DNA from: Pseudomonadota bacterium
Lineage (GTDB): Bacteria > Pseudomonadota > Gammaproteobacteria > Burkholderiales > Methylophilaceae
Assembly (NCBI GenBank): GCA_040387035.1
Contig: JAZKEN010000032.1
Location: 21 to 64,020, forward strand
Reading direction: 5' to 3'
Length of the DNA stretch: 64,000 bases
Shown here piece by piece: positions 52,517-62,045 of this stretch. How positions within the stretch are numbered: position 1 is the first letter of the stretch; each line of letters opens with the position of its first letter. The position numbers and the translations under genes are program-made. The notes beneath the pieces were generated by a model. That model was not told where the DNA came from and ran no database searches. It saw nothing but the letters and a program-made list of their open reading frames with translations.

Positions 52517-54940
52517 TCAGCTATTTTGTACGTGCTGCCTGAGTCCAGCGCCCCATTGCGCGGCCCAATCAAGCAATTTTTCAGCAGCCATTGGTTTACC
52601 CATAAAGTAGCCTTGCCCGTAATCGCAGCCTAACATCTTCAAGATATCCCACACCTTTTGATTCTCAATACCCTCTGCCACCACTTTTAAGCCCAGGTTA
52701 TGGCCAAGCTCTATCGTCGATTTAACAATCGTCACATCATCTTGATCGCGCTCGATATCCATCACAAAAGAGCGATCAATTTTAAGCTCATTAACGGGCA
52801 GGCGCTTTAAATAGGCCAATGAAGAATAACCGGTGCCAAAATCATCAATCGATAGTTGAATACCCATTTTGGCAATGCGCTCGACTGTTTCAAGCGCGCG
52901 TTCCGGGTCATCCATGATGCTGCTTTCAGTAATCTCTAGCGAGATAGTGTGTGCCTGCAGTTGATGCTCATCCAAGATTTGCCTTAATTTTTGTGGCAAC
53001 TCAATATCAATCAAATCCCTGGCCGAAAGATTCACCGCCACAGCGATATCCAAGCCCTGGCTTTGCCAGATAGCGGCATACCTAGCCGCTTCTGACAACA
53101 TCCAGTAGCTGATTTTACCAATATGCCCGGTCTGCTCTGCAAATGGGATAAACATATCCGGGAATACCATGCCGCGCTCGGGATGATTCCAGCGCACAAG
53201 GGCTTCTACGGCAAGCAATCTACCGGTGGCAAAATCAATTTTGGGTTGTACAAACAGGCAAAATTGGTTTTGCTCAACCGCCACCTTAATCTCACTCACT
53301 AGCGACAGGTTTTCCTCATTGGCAACGTCTAAGCCGCTGTGATAAACGGCCACACTGCCGGATGAGTTCTTAGCCGCATACATGGCAATTTCTGCACGAC
53401 TCAGCAACACTTCAATGTCTTTTGCATGCTGCGGATAATTGGCAATACCGACACCGGCACTCAAATCCACAAAGGAATCATTAAGCGCAATCGGTGTTTC
53501 CAGCGCAGCCAGCAAGCGTTTTGCCACCTCTAGTGCCAACTGCGCATGCGTATTGGCTAGGATAATGCCGAATTCATCGCCGCCCAAACGTGCTACTACA
53601 TCAGTTTCACTTTTGCAGCTTTGTTTTAATCGTTCGGCAACGCCTGTCAATAATTGATCGGCAGCTGAATGGCCCAATACATCGTTCACATGTTTAAAGC
53701 GATCCAGATCCATCATTAATACAGAAAAAGTTTGACTGTTTTCATGATAGTTTTCACTGAATTTAAGCAATTGATCGGTAAAGAAAACCCGATTGGGCAA
53801 TTGTGTTAACTCATCCCAGTAAGCCAATTTGCTGATTTTTTGCTCACGCTCTGCCACGGCTTCGCGCATGCGGTCAAAAGTACGGCTTAAATGGCCTATT
53901 TCATCTGTGCTATTGGATACAATGGTTTCACTGTAATCGCCTTTTTCCAGCAATTCTGCCGTTTTTACCAAGGCGGTTAAAGGCTTGGTAATGCGCCTGG
54001 CTGTTAAAACGCTGCCGGCAACAAATACAAACGCACCTAAAATGGTTAATACCAGTAAGTTAAGCTGCAATGTCAGGTAAGGCGCCAAGGATTCGCTAAT
54101 AGAACGCTGTAATACAGCAACCAGTACTTGTTGGTCTTGATTCAATAATTGTACATAACGCGTACCGTAATCCACTCCTTGAATAGTGATCTCGCTATCC
54201 AGAACCTTGGAAAAAACTGCTTTTTCACCTGTAGTTTGCTGTGACCAGTTGCTTGGAATACCGCCAATTGTTTCTTGCGCAAACAACTTGTTCATGGTGC
54301 TGGAAGATAAATTCCATTGTGGCTTGCTACCGGAGACAGGCCCGGCTTTCGTCACAAAGCTTACCTCCAGCCGTGATACATCCTGAATGCGATTAGCCCA
54401 GCTATCATCGATTTCAAAGCCAGTGATAATCCAGGCAATGGTTAAAGGTGCTTTTACCGGCACGGCCACCAGCAAATAAGGCACGCCGTTAAATATCGTG
54501 ATATTAAAAGAGTCACCGCCATTTTGGGCGGTTTCGATTAGGTGCCGAATTGGCCCATCCATGATATTGGCAGGCAAATCACCAGAAACCACCTGTCTTA
54601 AACCTTCTGGGCTGTAGAGCATATTGACATCGGATTCGATTCTGGCGCCGGTATTTTCCAAGGCCGATTGAATCGTCTCGCTGTCGTTACTGGCAATGGC
54701 TTGGCGGAAGCCATAGTCGGTGGCTAAAATGCGGGCACTTAACGTTAAGTTTTCACCTTGCCTGGTAATGACATTGCGCAGCACCTGCTCACCAATACCC
54801 AGTTGCTCCTTAATGGACACCCTTGCATTCTTATTGATACTGACCCAGATGGCCATAAAGCCAATAAACTGCACCACTAGAATAAGGGTAACAAACAGAA
54901 AGACGATGCGGCTTTGTAAGCTCTTGAAAGGTAACTTCAT
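52517..54940 (-). CDS. Membrane GGDEF-EAL protein with periplasmic Cache-like and HAMP domains
   Basis: Two TM helices flanking a periplasmic domain, HAMP (DEIGHL), RLGGDEF, EALVRW, DDFGTGYSSL, VVAEGIE. Confidence 0.93.
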   Translation of the reverse strand: MKLPFKSLQSRIVFLFVTLILVVQFIGFMAIWVSINKNARVSIKEQLGIGEQVLRNVITRQGENLTLSARILATDYGFRQAIASNDSETIQSALENTGARIESDVNMLYSPEGLRQVVSGDLPANIMDGPIRHLIETAQNGGDSFNITIFNGVPYLLVAVPVKAPLTIAWIITGFEIDDSWANRIQDVSRLEVSFVTKAGPVSGSKPQWNLSSSTMNKLFAQETIGGIPSNWSQQTTGEKAVFSKVLDSEITIQGVDYGTRYVQLLNQDQQVLVAVLQRSISESLAPYLTLQLNLLVLTILGAFVFVAGSVLTARRITKPLTALVKTAELLEKGDYSETIVSNSTDEIGHLSRTFDRMREAVAEREQKISKLAYWDELTQLPNRVFFTDQLLKFSENYHENSQTFSVLMMDLDRFKHVNDVLGHSAADQLLTGVAERLKQSCKSETDVVARLGGDEFGIILANTHAQLALEVAKRLLAALETPIALNDSFVDLSAGVGIANYPQHAKDIEVLLSRAEIAMYAAKNSSGSVAVYHSGLDVANEENLSLVSEIKVAVEQNQFCLFVQPKIDFATGRLLAVEALVRWNHPERGMVFPDMFIPFAEQTGHIGKISYWMLSEAARYAAIWQSQGLDIAVAVNLSARDLIDIELPQKLRQILDEHQLQAHTISLEITESSIMDDPERALETVERIAKMGIQLSIDDFGTGYSSLAYLKRLPVNELKIDRSFVMDIERDQDDVTIVKSTIELGHNLGLKVVAEGIENQKVWDILKMLGCDYGQGYFMGKPMAAEKLLDWAAQWGAGLRQHVQNS

Positions 54941-54986
54941 TTAAATGGGCGAATCAAAATTTCAGGATTAGCTTGCAATCAAGCCA

Positions 54987-55619
54987 CTATTTTTTTGCAG
55001 GAATCATAAAGTGCTTCAGTGAAAGCTGCATGACAATGTTTTGTGCATCTTTAAAAACCAAAGGTTTTTCGATGATCTCTTTTTCTTTGGCCAAGGCGTA
55101 ATGCCAAGCCTTCAAAGTATAATTGCCGTTTGGTAAATCACGCAGTGTTGCTTTGCCCGATTTATTGGTTTTTGTAAAATAAGGCGTATCTACAACGTGG
55201 ATAAATGCCACCATGTAATCATGAATATTGCAGCCCAAAACCACTGTACCGGCTTTATCAAACTTGACAGGGCTGGTTGGCACGCCTGAATACAGCTTTA
55301 ATTCAAAGGTTTTAGCTGGAGAAAACGAGTAGACGTGATGCCTGACACTATCAAAATTGGGGAATGAAATATCGCTACCGGTCTGTACCACGCTAACCAG
55401 TGGATTAAATTGTTTACCGCGTTGCTCTACAATTGCAGAAGCAGGTGGCATTGCCGCTTTGTTTTCAGGCTCTGCGTAAACCACTGCGTTTTCTATCGGC
55501 GACCCTGTGGTATCCACTACATCGATTGTTAGATCTGCTGCTTGAAGCGGCAGGCTGCACAGGCTGGCAGATACACCGGCAAAAGTTAAGTAAGTAAGGG
55601 CTAAAAGGGATTTAAACAA
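54987..55619 (-). CDS. Periplasmic cupredoxin-domain protein (family often labelled 'methylamine utilization protein')
   Basis: Signal peptide, FPNFDSVRHHVYSFS and GCNIHDYM type-1 copper ligand set. Confidence 0.8.
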   Translation of the reverse strand: MFKSLLALTYLTFAGVSASLCSLPLQAADLTIDVVDTTGSPIENAVVYAEPENKAAMPPASAIVEQRGKQFNPLVSVVQTGSDISFPNFDSVRHHVYSFSPAKTFELKLYSGVPTSPVKFDKAGTVVLGCNIHDYMVAFIHVVDTPYFTKTNKSGKATLRDLPNGNYTLKAWHYALAKEKEIIEKPLVFKDAQNIVMQLSLKHFMIPAKK

Positions 55620-55720
55620 TTATTTTCCTTAAACATCAGCTGATATTTTTAATACGTACTGTTAACTTGATTAGATGTACCCATTAGCGATTTTGAGCAT
55701 TTCCATCCAACGCAAGCGAG

Positions 55721-56182
55721 CTAGCTAGAAGTCACAATATCCCGCTTCATCGGCGCTAAAATTTTCAACAACTCGTTTTTCTCACGGGTATTGACATACT
55801 TATTCAGCGTATCCCTGAACATGCTCACAAACGCATCAAATTCCGCTTCGGTAATTTTGGCGTCCTTGTGTGAATTGACCATAGTCTCCCCTTCATACAC
55901 ACAAGGTCCTCCCGTCAATTTGCAAAGCTGTGCCACAACGCTTTCTTTTAATGCTTTTAATTTTATGCCGTCAAATGAACGCTTGGTACTAGGCGCAGTC
56001 GCAACCTTGTCAATAAACTCATCGGTAATTTGCGTTAAGACAGGCAAACCACCTATTCGCGTGAACAAACTCTGTTGTTGGCTATCTGATGACTTAAACA
56101 CGGACAAATCATTGAAATGTGTGCAGCCAACCAAGCCACTCAACAACAGCAAAAAAAATAATTTGATAATACATTTACCCAT
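55721..56182 (-). CDS. Group I truncated haemoglobin with lipoprotein signal; start placed at MGKCII
   Basis: Lipobox LVGC, SLF.RIGG, GGPCVYEG, proximal His in MVNSH, ITEAEF. Confidence 0.85.
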   Translation of the reverse strand: MGKCIIKLFFLLLLSGLVGCTHFNDLSVFKSSDSQQQSLFTRIGGLPVLTQITDEFIDKVATAPSTKRSFDGIKLKALKESVVAQLCKLTGGPCVYEGETMVNSHKDAKITEAEFDAFVSMFRDTLNKYVNTREKNELLKILAPMKRDIVTSS

Positions 56183-56365
56183 TGCTAATCCCAGCTTTAC
56201 ATTGATATTGGCCAACTTGATACAAATGAGAGACCGTTCCGCTAACTTGGTTCAATTATTGCTTATTAGTTAAACATTAACGAACAAATACTTAATCAAT
56301 TAACTAAAATATACCTTATATAACCGATTCACTCAAAACTAATTTTTTATATTACCGATAATCAA

Positions 56366-57232
56366 ATGCTCAAAAAATCACTACTGCCACTTTTAATTTT
56401 GTCATTTTCAGCGATGGCTCCTGCTTCCCTAATGGCAGGAGAACGTTTACTGGCAACGGGTGGCGTGATGCAGATTGAAGGCTCTGCTGGCGGCGGATTA
56501 ACCCCATGGGCACTTATAGCGGGCTATGGCACCAGCGGAGAAACCGGCGCATCGGCTTTTTACACGCATGCCAACACCAATGGCGGTTTTGATATGAATC
56601 TGGCCGGGATTGCAGTAGGTTTCGACAACCGTGTCGAAATCTCATACGGTCAGCAACGTTTGGGACTGAGTGATACTGTGCCAAATGAGCATATCCGCAT
56701 GCATACACTAGGCGCAAAAGTACGCTTGTTTGGTGACGCGGTTTACGATCAAGATACCTGGGTGCCGCAAGTTTCCGCAGGTTTGCAAGTCAAGCATAAT
56801 GTGGATTTTGACAAAGTACCAAAAGCCTTAGGGGCTGAAAGTGCAACCGGTGTCGATTTTTACCTATCCGCTACCAAGCTCTACCTGGGAGCGGTTGCCG
56901 GCAGAAATCTCTTGCTGAATGCCACACTGCAAGCCACAAAAGCGAATCAGTTTGGCTTACTGGGTTTTGGCGGAGATATCCATAACAAATATCAATTGCA
57001 GCCTGCGGTTTCAGCTGCATTGATGCTCACAGACAATCTGCTGATTGGTGCCGAATACCGCGCCAGGCCCAATAATCTAAGCGTATTTAAAGAAGAAGAT
57101 GCAAAAGATGTCTTTATCGCATGGTTTCCAGTGAAGTATTTATCCTTAACCGCCGCCTATGTCGATTTAGGCAATATTGCAGACAAAGATGACCAAAGTG
57201 CCTGGTATCTTTCCGGCCAAGTTTCCTTTTAA
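56366..57232 (+). CDS. DUF3034 family predicted outer membrane beta-barrel
   Basis: Signal peptide, LLATGG..IEGSAGGG.TPWALIAGY, TKANQFGLLGFGGD, amphipathic strands, C-terminal Phe. Confidence 0.82.
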   Translation: MLKKSLLPLLILSFSAMAPASLMAGERLLATGGVMQIEGSAGGGLTPWALIAGYGTSGETGASAFYTHANTNGGFDMNLAGIAVGFDNRVEISYGQQRLGLSDTVPNEHIRMHTLGAKVRLFGDAVYDQDTWVPQVSAGLQVKHNVDFDKVPKALGAESATGVDFYLSATKLYLGAVAGRNLLLNATLQATKANQFGLLGFGGDIHNKYQLQPAVSAALMLTDNLLIGAEYRARPNNLSVFKEEDAKDVFIAWFPVKYLSLTAAYVDLGNIADKDDQSAWYLSGQVSF

Positions 57233-57264
57233 TTAACCGCAGCTGAGGCGGCTCGGCTACCCAT

Positions 57265-60200
57265 TCACTTTGCATAATCTTTGCCCTGATAAACCATGCG
57301 ATACAGCAAGGGCAATACCAGCAAGGTTAGCAAGGTCGATGACCATATACCGCCTATCACAACTGTGGCCAACGGCCGTTGTACTTCAGCGCCGGTTCCG
57401 GTTGCAATTGCCATTGGGATAAAGCCCAGCGATGCCACCAGGGCTGTGATCAAAATCGGCCTTAAGCGGCTTAGGCTGCCTTCTTCAACAGCTATATCCA
57501 ATGGCTTTCCCTCGGCTAATAGCTGACGGATAAAGCTAAGCATCACCAGCCCGTTTAATACCGCGACCCCTGACAAGGCAATAAATCCAACTCCTGCCGA
57601 AATGGATAATGGGATATCCCGCAGCCAAAGCATGAGCACGCCACCGGTCAATGCAAAAGGAATACCGGTGAACACAATGAGGCCATCCCTGAAGTTCTTG
57701 AACATGGCATAAAGCAGCACAAAAACGATCAATAGAGCTAGCGGCACCACGATTTTCAAGCGCTCACTTGCCGATTGCAGCTGTTCAAAAGTACCGCCCC
57801 AGCTTATCCAGTAGGCAGCGGGAATCTTGACTTCCTGGCTGATGCGTTGCTGTGCTTCTGCCACAAAAGAGCCAATATCACGGTCGCGCACGTTTGCGGT
57901 AATCACCACATTACGCTTGCCATTTTCGCGGCTGAATTGATTGGCGCCTTGTGCGATATCGATACTGGCGATTTCACCCAATTGTAAATACACAGGCTTA
58001 TCGGTTTTTCCCGCAACTTTGATCGGCAAGCGTTTGAATGCATCCATATCCGCCCTGGTTTGTTCCGGCAAGCGCACCACAATGTCAAAACGCCTGTCAC
58101 CCTGAAATAGCGTGCCCGTTTCACGCCCATTCATGGAAATGGCAATCGCCTCCTGCACGTCCGCGACATTGACACCCAGCCTTGCAATCTTTTGACGGTC
58201 TATATTCACCGTCATCATGGGCAGGCCGGTAGTCTGCTCAACTTTGACGTCTTCACCGCCCGGAATCGAAGCCAGGACTTGGGATATCTCTTCTGCCGTA
58301 GCATTCATGACTTGCAGATCATCACCAAATACTTTTACGGCTACATCACTACGCACGCCAGAAATCAGTTCATTGAAGCGCATTTGAATGGGCTGGGTGA
58401 ATTCATAGTTATTGCCAGGCACATGCTTAACGGCTTCTTGCATTTGCGCAATCAGCGCGTTCCTGCTCAAGCTTGGGTCAGGCCAATCCGATTTTGGCTT
58501 CAGCATCACGAAATTGTCTGCAACACTGGGGGGCATGGGGTCAGTGGCGATTTCTGCTGTTCCCAATTTGGCAAATATGCGATCGACCTGCGGAAAACCC
58601 TTGATGGTATGTTCCAGCTCTTTTTGCATCTCTACCGCTTGCGTTAAGCTGGTGCCGGGAATACGCAAGGCATGCAATGCGATATCACCTTCATTCAAGC
58701 TGGGCACAAACTCGCTACCCATACGGCTAGCCAGCAAGCCACTTAAAATCACTGAAACTATCGCAACCGTTAATACAACAGCCTTATTCAACATTGACCA
58801 GCGCAGCAAGGGTAAATAACGCTGCTTGGCCCAAACGATAAGGGATTGCTCTTTCTCCTCCACTTTGCCCGTAATCAGCAAAGCGACCGCTGCAGGGATA
58901 AAAGTCACCGAAAGCAACATTGCGCCCAGCAAGGCAATCACCACAGTAAATGCCATCGGGTGGAACATCTTGCCCTCTACCCCGGTTAGCGCAAAAACAG
59001 GCAGGTATACCGCCATGATAATTAGCTGGCCGTAAATCAGGGGTTTTCTGGCTTCTTGCGCGGCAGTGAATACTTCTGCAAATCGCTCCGATTTTGTAAG
59101 CGACCTGCCTAAGCTACTTTGCGCATGCGCTAAGCGCCGCATGCAACTTTCTACAATCACCACAGCGCCATCGATGATGATGCCGAAATCCAACGCGCCT
59201 AAGCTCATCAAATTGGCACTGACCTTGCCTGCTGCCATGCCTGTAAATGTAAACAGCATCGCCAGAGGAATGACCAGCATGGTGATGATTGCCGCACGGA
59301 TATTGCCCAAAAAGATAAACAATACCGCAATGACTAATAATGCACCTTCCATCAAATTGGTTTTGACGGTATCGATGGCCTTATCAATGAGGATGGTACG
59401 GTCGTAGACGGTTTTTGCAGTGATTCCCCCTGGCAAGGTTTGGTTGATTTGCCTTAAGCGTTTCTCAACCGCTGCCGATACGGCACGGCTATTTTCGCCT
59501 GTCAGCATAAATACCGTGCCTAGTACTACTTCCTGGCCATTTTCAGTGGCAGCTCCGTTGCGGGATTCAGACCCAATCACCACATCGGCCACATCCTTGA
59601 TGCGGACTGGCACACCGGCAATGGTGTCTACTACAATATTGCCGATATCATCCATATTGGTTACTTGGCCAGGCACGCGAATCAGGTATTGCTCGCCCGA
59701 TTTCTCAATATAGCCCGCACCGATATTGGCATTATTCGCCTCTAAAGCTGCCACTAAATCATTGAGCGACAAACCCCTGGCCACCAACCGATCGGCATAA
59801 GGTGCTACCTGATACTGCTTAACGTAACCGCCCACGGTGTTGATTTCATTCACCCCGGGCACGTTGCGCAATTGCGGCTTGATGATCCAATCCTGAATTT
59901 CGCGCAAGTCCATTGGCGTATAGGGCGTACCGTCGGCTTTTAACGCGCCTTGTTTAGATTCCACTGTCCACATGAATATTTCACCCAGGCCGGTAGAAGT
60001 TGGTCCCATTTGAGGCCTTATTCCTTCGGGTAACTTTTCCTTGGCTTGCGCGATGCGCTCATTCACTAGCTGCCTGGCAAAATAAATATCGGTACCCTCT
60101 TCAAACACGACCGTCACCTGAGATAAACCATAACGCGAAATAGAACGCGTCTTTTCCAGTTTAGGCAAGCCAGCCATCACCGTTTCAAGCGGGTAAGTAA

Positions 60201-60393
60201 TCCTTTGCTCAACTTCTAAAGGTGCATATCCAGATGCCGTGGTATTGATTTGTACCTGTATATTGGTAATATCCGGCACGGCATCAATCGGCAGTTTTTT
60301 GTAACTGAATACACCCAGCACGGCAATGCCCAATGTCAGCAGCATCACCAGCCAGCGTTGATTGATAGAGAATCGAATCAGTTTTTCAAACAT
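57265..60393 (-). CDS. czcA: Heavy-metal RND permease, CzcA type; start at MFEKLI
   Basis: LPIDAVPDITN, NLMSLGALDFGIIIDGAVVIVE (divalent CzcA-type TM4), GAEVQRPLATVV. Confidence 0.92.
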   Translation of the reverse strand: MFEKLIRFSINQRWLVMLLTLGIAVLGVFSYKKLPIDAVPDITNIQVQINTTASGYAPLEVEQRITYPLETVMAGLPKLEKTRSISRYGLSQVTVVFEEGTDIYFARQLVNERIAQAKEKLPEGIRPQMGPTSTGLGEIFMWTVESKQGALKADGTPYTPMDLREIQDWIIKPQLRNVPGVNEINTVGGYVKQYQVAPYADRLVARGLSLNDLVAALEANNANIGAGYIEKSGEQYLIRVPGQVTNMDDIGNIVVDTIAGVPVRIKDVADVVIGSESRNGAATENGQEVVLGTVFMLTGENSRAVSAAVEKRLRQINQTLPGGITAKTVYDRTILIDKAIDTVKTNLMEGALLVIAVLFIFLGNIRAAIITMLVIPLAMLFTFTGMAAGKVSANLMSLGALDFGIIIDGAVVIVESCMRRLAHAQSSLGRSLTKSERFAEVFTAAQEARKPLIYGQLIIMAVYLPVFALTGVEGKMFHPMAFTVVIALLGAMLLSVTFIPAAVALLITGKVEEKEQSLIVWAKQRYLPLLRWSMLNKAVVLTVAIVSVILSGLLASRMGSEFVPSLNEGDIALHALRIPGTSLTQAVEMQKELEHTIKGFPQVDRIFAKLGTAEIATDPMPPSVADNFVMLKPKSDWPDPSLSRNALIAQMQEAVKHVPGNNYEFTQPIQMRFNELISGVRSDVAVKVFGDDLQVMNATAEEISQVLASIPGGEDVKVEQTTGLPMMTVNIDRQKIARLGVNVADVQEAIAISMNGRETGTLFQGDRRFDIVVRLPEQTRADMDAFKRLPIKVAGKTDKPVYLQLGEIASIDIAQGANQFSRENGKRNVVITANVRDRDIGSFVAEAQQRISQEVKIPAAYWISWGGTFEQLQSASERLKIVVPLALLIVFVLLYAMFKNFRDGLIVFTGIPFALTGGVLMLWLRDIPLSISAGVGFIALSGVAVLNGLVMLSFIRQLLAEGKPLDIAVEEGSLSRLRPILITALVASLGFIPMAIATGTGAEVQRPLATVVIGGIWSSTLLTLLVLPLLYRMVYQGKDYAK

Positions 60394-60431
60394 ATTGATT
60401 CCCCTTAAATGGGATATTGAATCGGCAAGTA

Positions 60432-62042
60432 TCAATGATCATGGCTAGCACCTGCCTTACCGATATCCGCTTTAACCAGGAAGCTATTGCCTGCTGCATA
60501 ACGTTCGCCAACCTGGACACCTTTTAATACCTCTACATATTGATCATCCCGTCTACCCAGCACTAAAGGCCTGGCTTCAAAATATTCACCATAGCGGGCA
60601 AACACCACTGACCAATCACGTAGTGTTTGTAAGCCTTCTACAGAAACGGCCAACGGTACTTTTACCTCATCAGAAACCAATTCGACATTCACAGGCAAAC
60701 CTGGCAACCATGTGCGGTCGGCGTTATTGAGCACTACCCGCGCCATGGCCGTGCGCGACTGTTCACCGACCAGCGCACCCACATAAGCAATAGTCCCGGT
60801 TGTTTCTGCTTCAAATGCAGTTGCCTTGATGGTGACTTTCTGGCCGACTTTTACTGTATTGATGTCTTTGGCATAAATCGTTATTTCTGCCCATACCGTC
60901 GATAAATCGGAAATCTCATAGATACTATCAATTTCACTCACCACCTGGCCCTGGCTGATTTGTTTATTCGTCACAACGCCATCAATAGGCGAACGAATCT
61001 CATAGCGTGTCAGCCCTTTAGTACTTGCGCTTGCACCCACTGCATTCAGTCTTTGCTGTATGCGTTGTGTATCTATTTCTGCGCTTTGCAGGTCATGCTG
61101 AGCCTGCAGGTAATCTTGCTGGGCGGAGATTTTTTCCTCCCAAAGCTGTTTCTCACGCGCATAGGTAGAGCGCGCCAAATCCACGCGCTTTTGTGCCGCC
61201 AGCAAGTCACTGCGCATATCCGCAATGGCCTGGCTGGAAATGCTGGCTAATACCTGGCCCTTACGCACTTTGTCGCCAGCATTCACATTAACCGCTTCCA
61301 CAATTCCCCCTGCCCGAGAAACGATATGCACGCTCTTATCCGCATTCAGCTTGATTTCACCTTGCAGATTCAACACAGACTTAATGCTGGCTGGGCCAGC
61401 CGTTAATACCTCTATGCTGTTGAGCAGCAATTGCTTATCACTGATTTGCACCCTTGCTTCCACCTGGTCATAAGCAAACTGGTAAGTTTTATTGTTGTAC
61501 CTGGCCGTAATATTGACTTTAAAAGAGTGTGGCTCCTCTACGACCGCATTGCCTTTTAGATAATCATTCTCTTTTGTAAAATTGAACAATTGCGGTTTTC
61601 TACCTAGCCTTTCTAATTGGATACTGATTGCAGAGGCATCCGGGTCTATCGCTTCACCATTTTCATAGGTATATATCCTGAATTCCGGCGCTATATTCTG
61701 TTCAAAAATGCTGACTTCCACGCTGTAATCATTTTGAGTAAAAAGCTTGCCGCCATGCGGTCCCTTCAATATTTCCTGAGGCTGCGCAGTGTGCTTATGC
61801 GCATCATGTGGCACGCTTGGTTCTGCTTGCAATGGGAGATGGTCTTTTTCATGATCATGCCCTGTCTCACCGTGTTTGGGCCTGGCCACTTTTTCAGAAG
61901 ACATCTCTCTATCATCATGACTATGGTCATCGCTGTTGGCTTTGCGATTTTCTGTATTCAAAATCAATACGGCTAAAATAATGCCAACGATAATGACCGC
62001 ACCAATGGCAGCGATTTTTTTGTATGGTTGAAAGTTCTGCAT
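60432..62042 (-). CDS. czcB: Heavy-metal RND adaptor, CzcB type
   Basis: His-rich N-terminus, GPHGG, MFP core, C-terminal KAGASHDH. Confidence 0.88.
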   Translation of the reverse strand: MQNFQPYKKIAAIGAVIIVGIILAVLILNTENRKANSDDHSHDDREMSSEKVARPKHGETGHDHEKDHLPLQAEPSVPHDAHKHTAQPQEILKGPHGGKLFTQNDYSVEVSIFEQNIAPEFRIYTYENGEAIDPDASAISIQLERLGRKPQLFNFTKENDYLKGNAVVEEPHSFKVNITARYNNKTYQFAYDQVEARVQISDKQLLLNSIEVLTAGPASIKSVLNLQGEIKLNADKSVHIVSRAGGIVEAVNVNAGDKVRKGQVLASISSQAIADMRSDLLAAQKRVDLARSTYAREKQLWEEKISAQQDYLQAQHDLQSAEIDTQRIQQRLNAVGASASTKGLTRYEIRSPIDGVVTNKQISQGQVVSEIDSIYEISDLSTVWAEITIYAKDINTVKVGQKVTIKATAFEAETTGTIAYVGALVGEQSRTAMARVVLNNADRTWLPGLPVNVELVSDEVKVPLAVSVEGLQTLRDWSVVFARYGEYFEARPLVLGRRDDQYVEVLKGVQVGERYAAGNSFLVKADIGKAGASHDH

Positions 62043-62045
62043 GCC

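Noticed and set aside
54987-55619. Part of a mau (methylamine dehydrogenase) cluster
   Set aside because: No mauA/B/D/E/G genes nearby; the family label alone is not evidence.
52502-57264. attR duplicate of the tmRNA 3' end
   Set aside because: No copy of TGGTGGAGATGG seen by eye in the intergenic regions; no integrase in the window.
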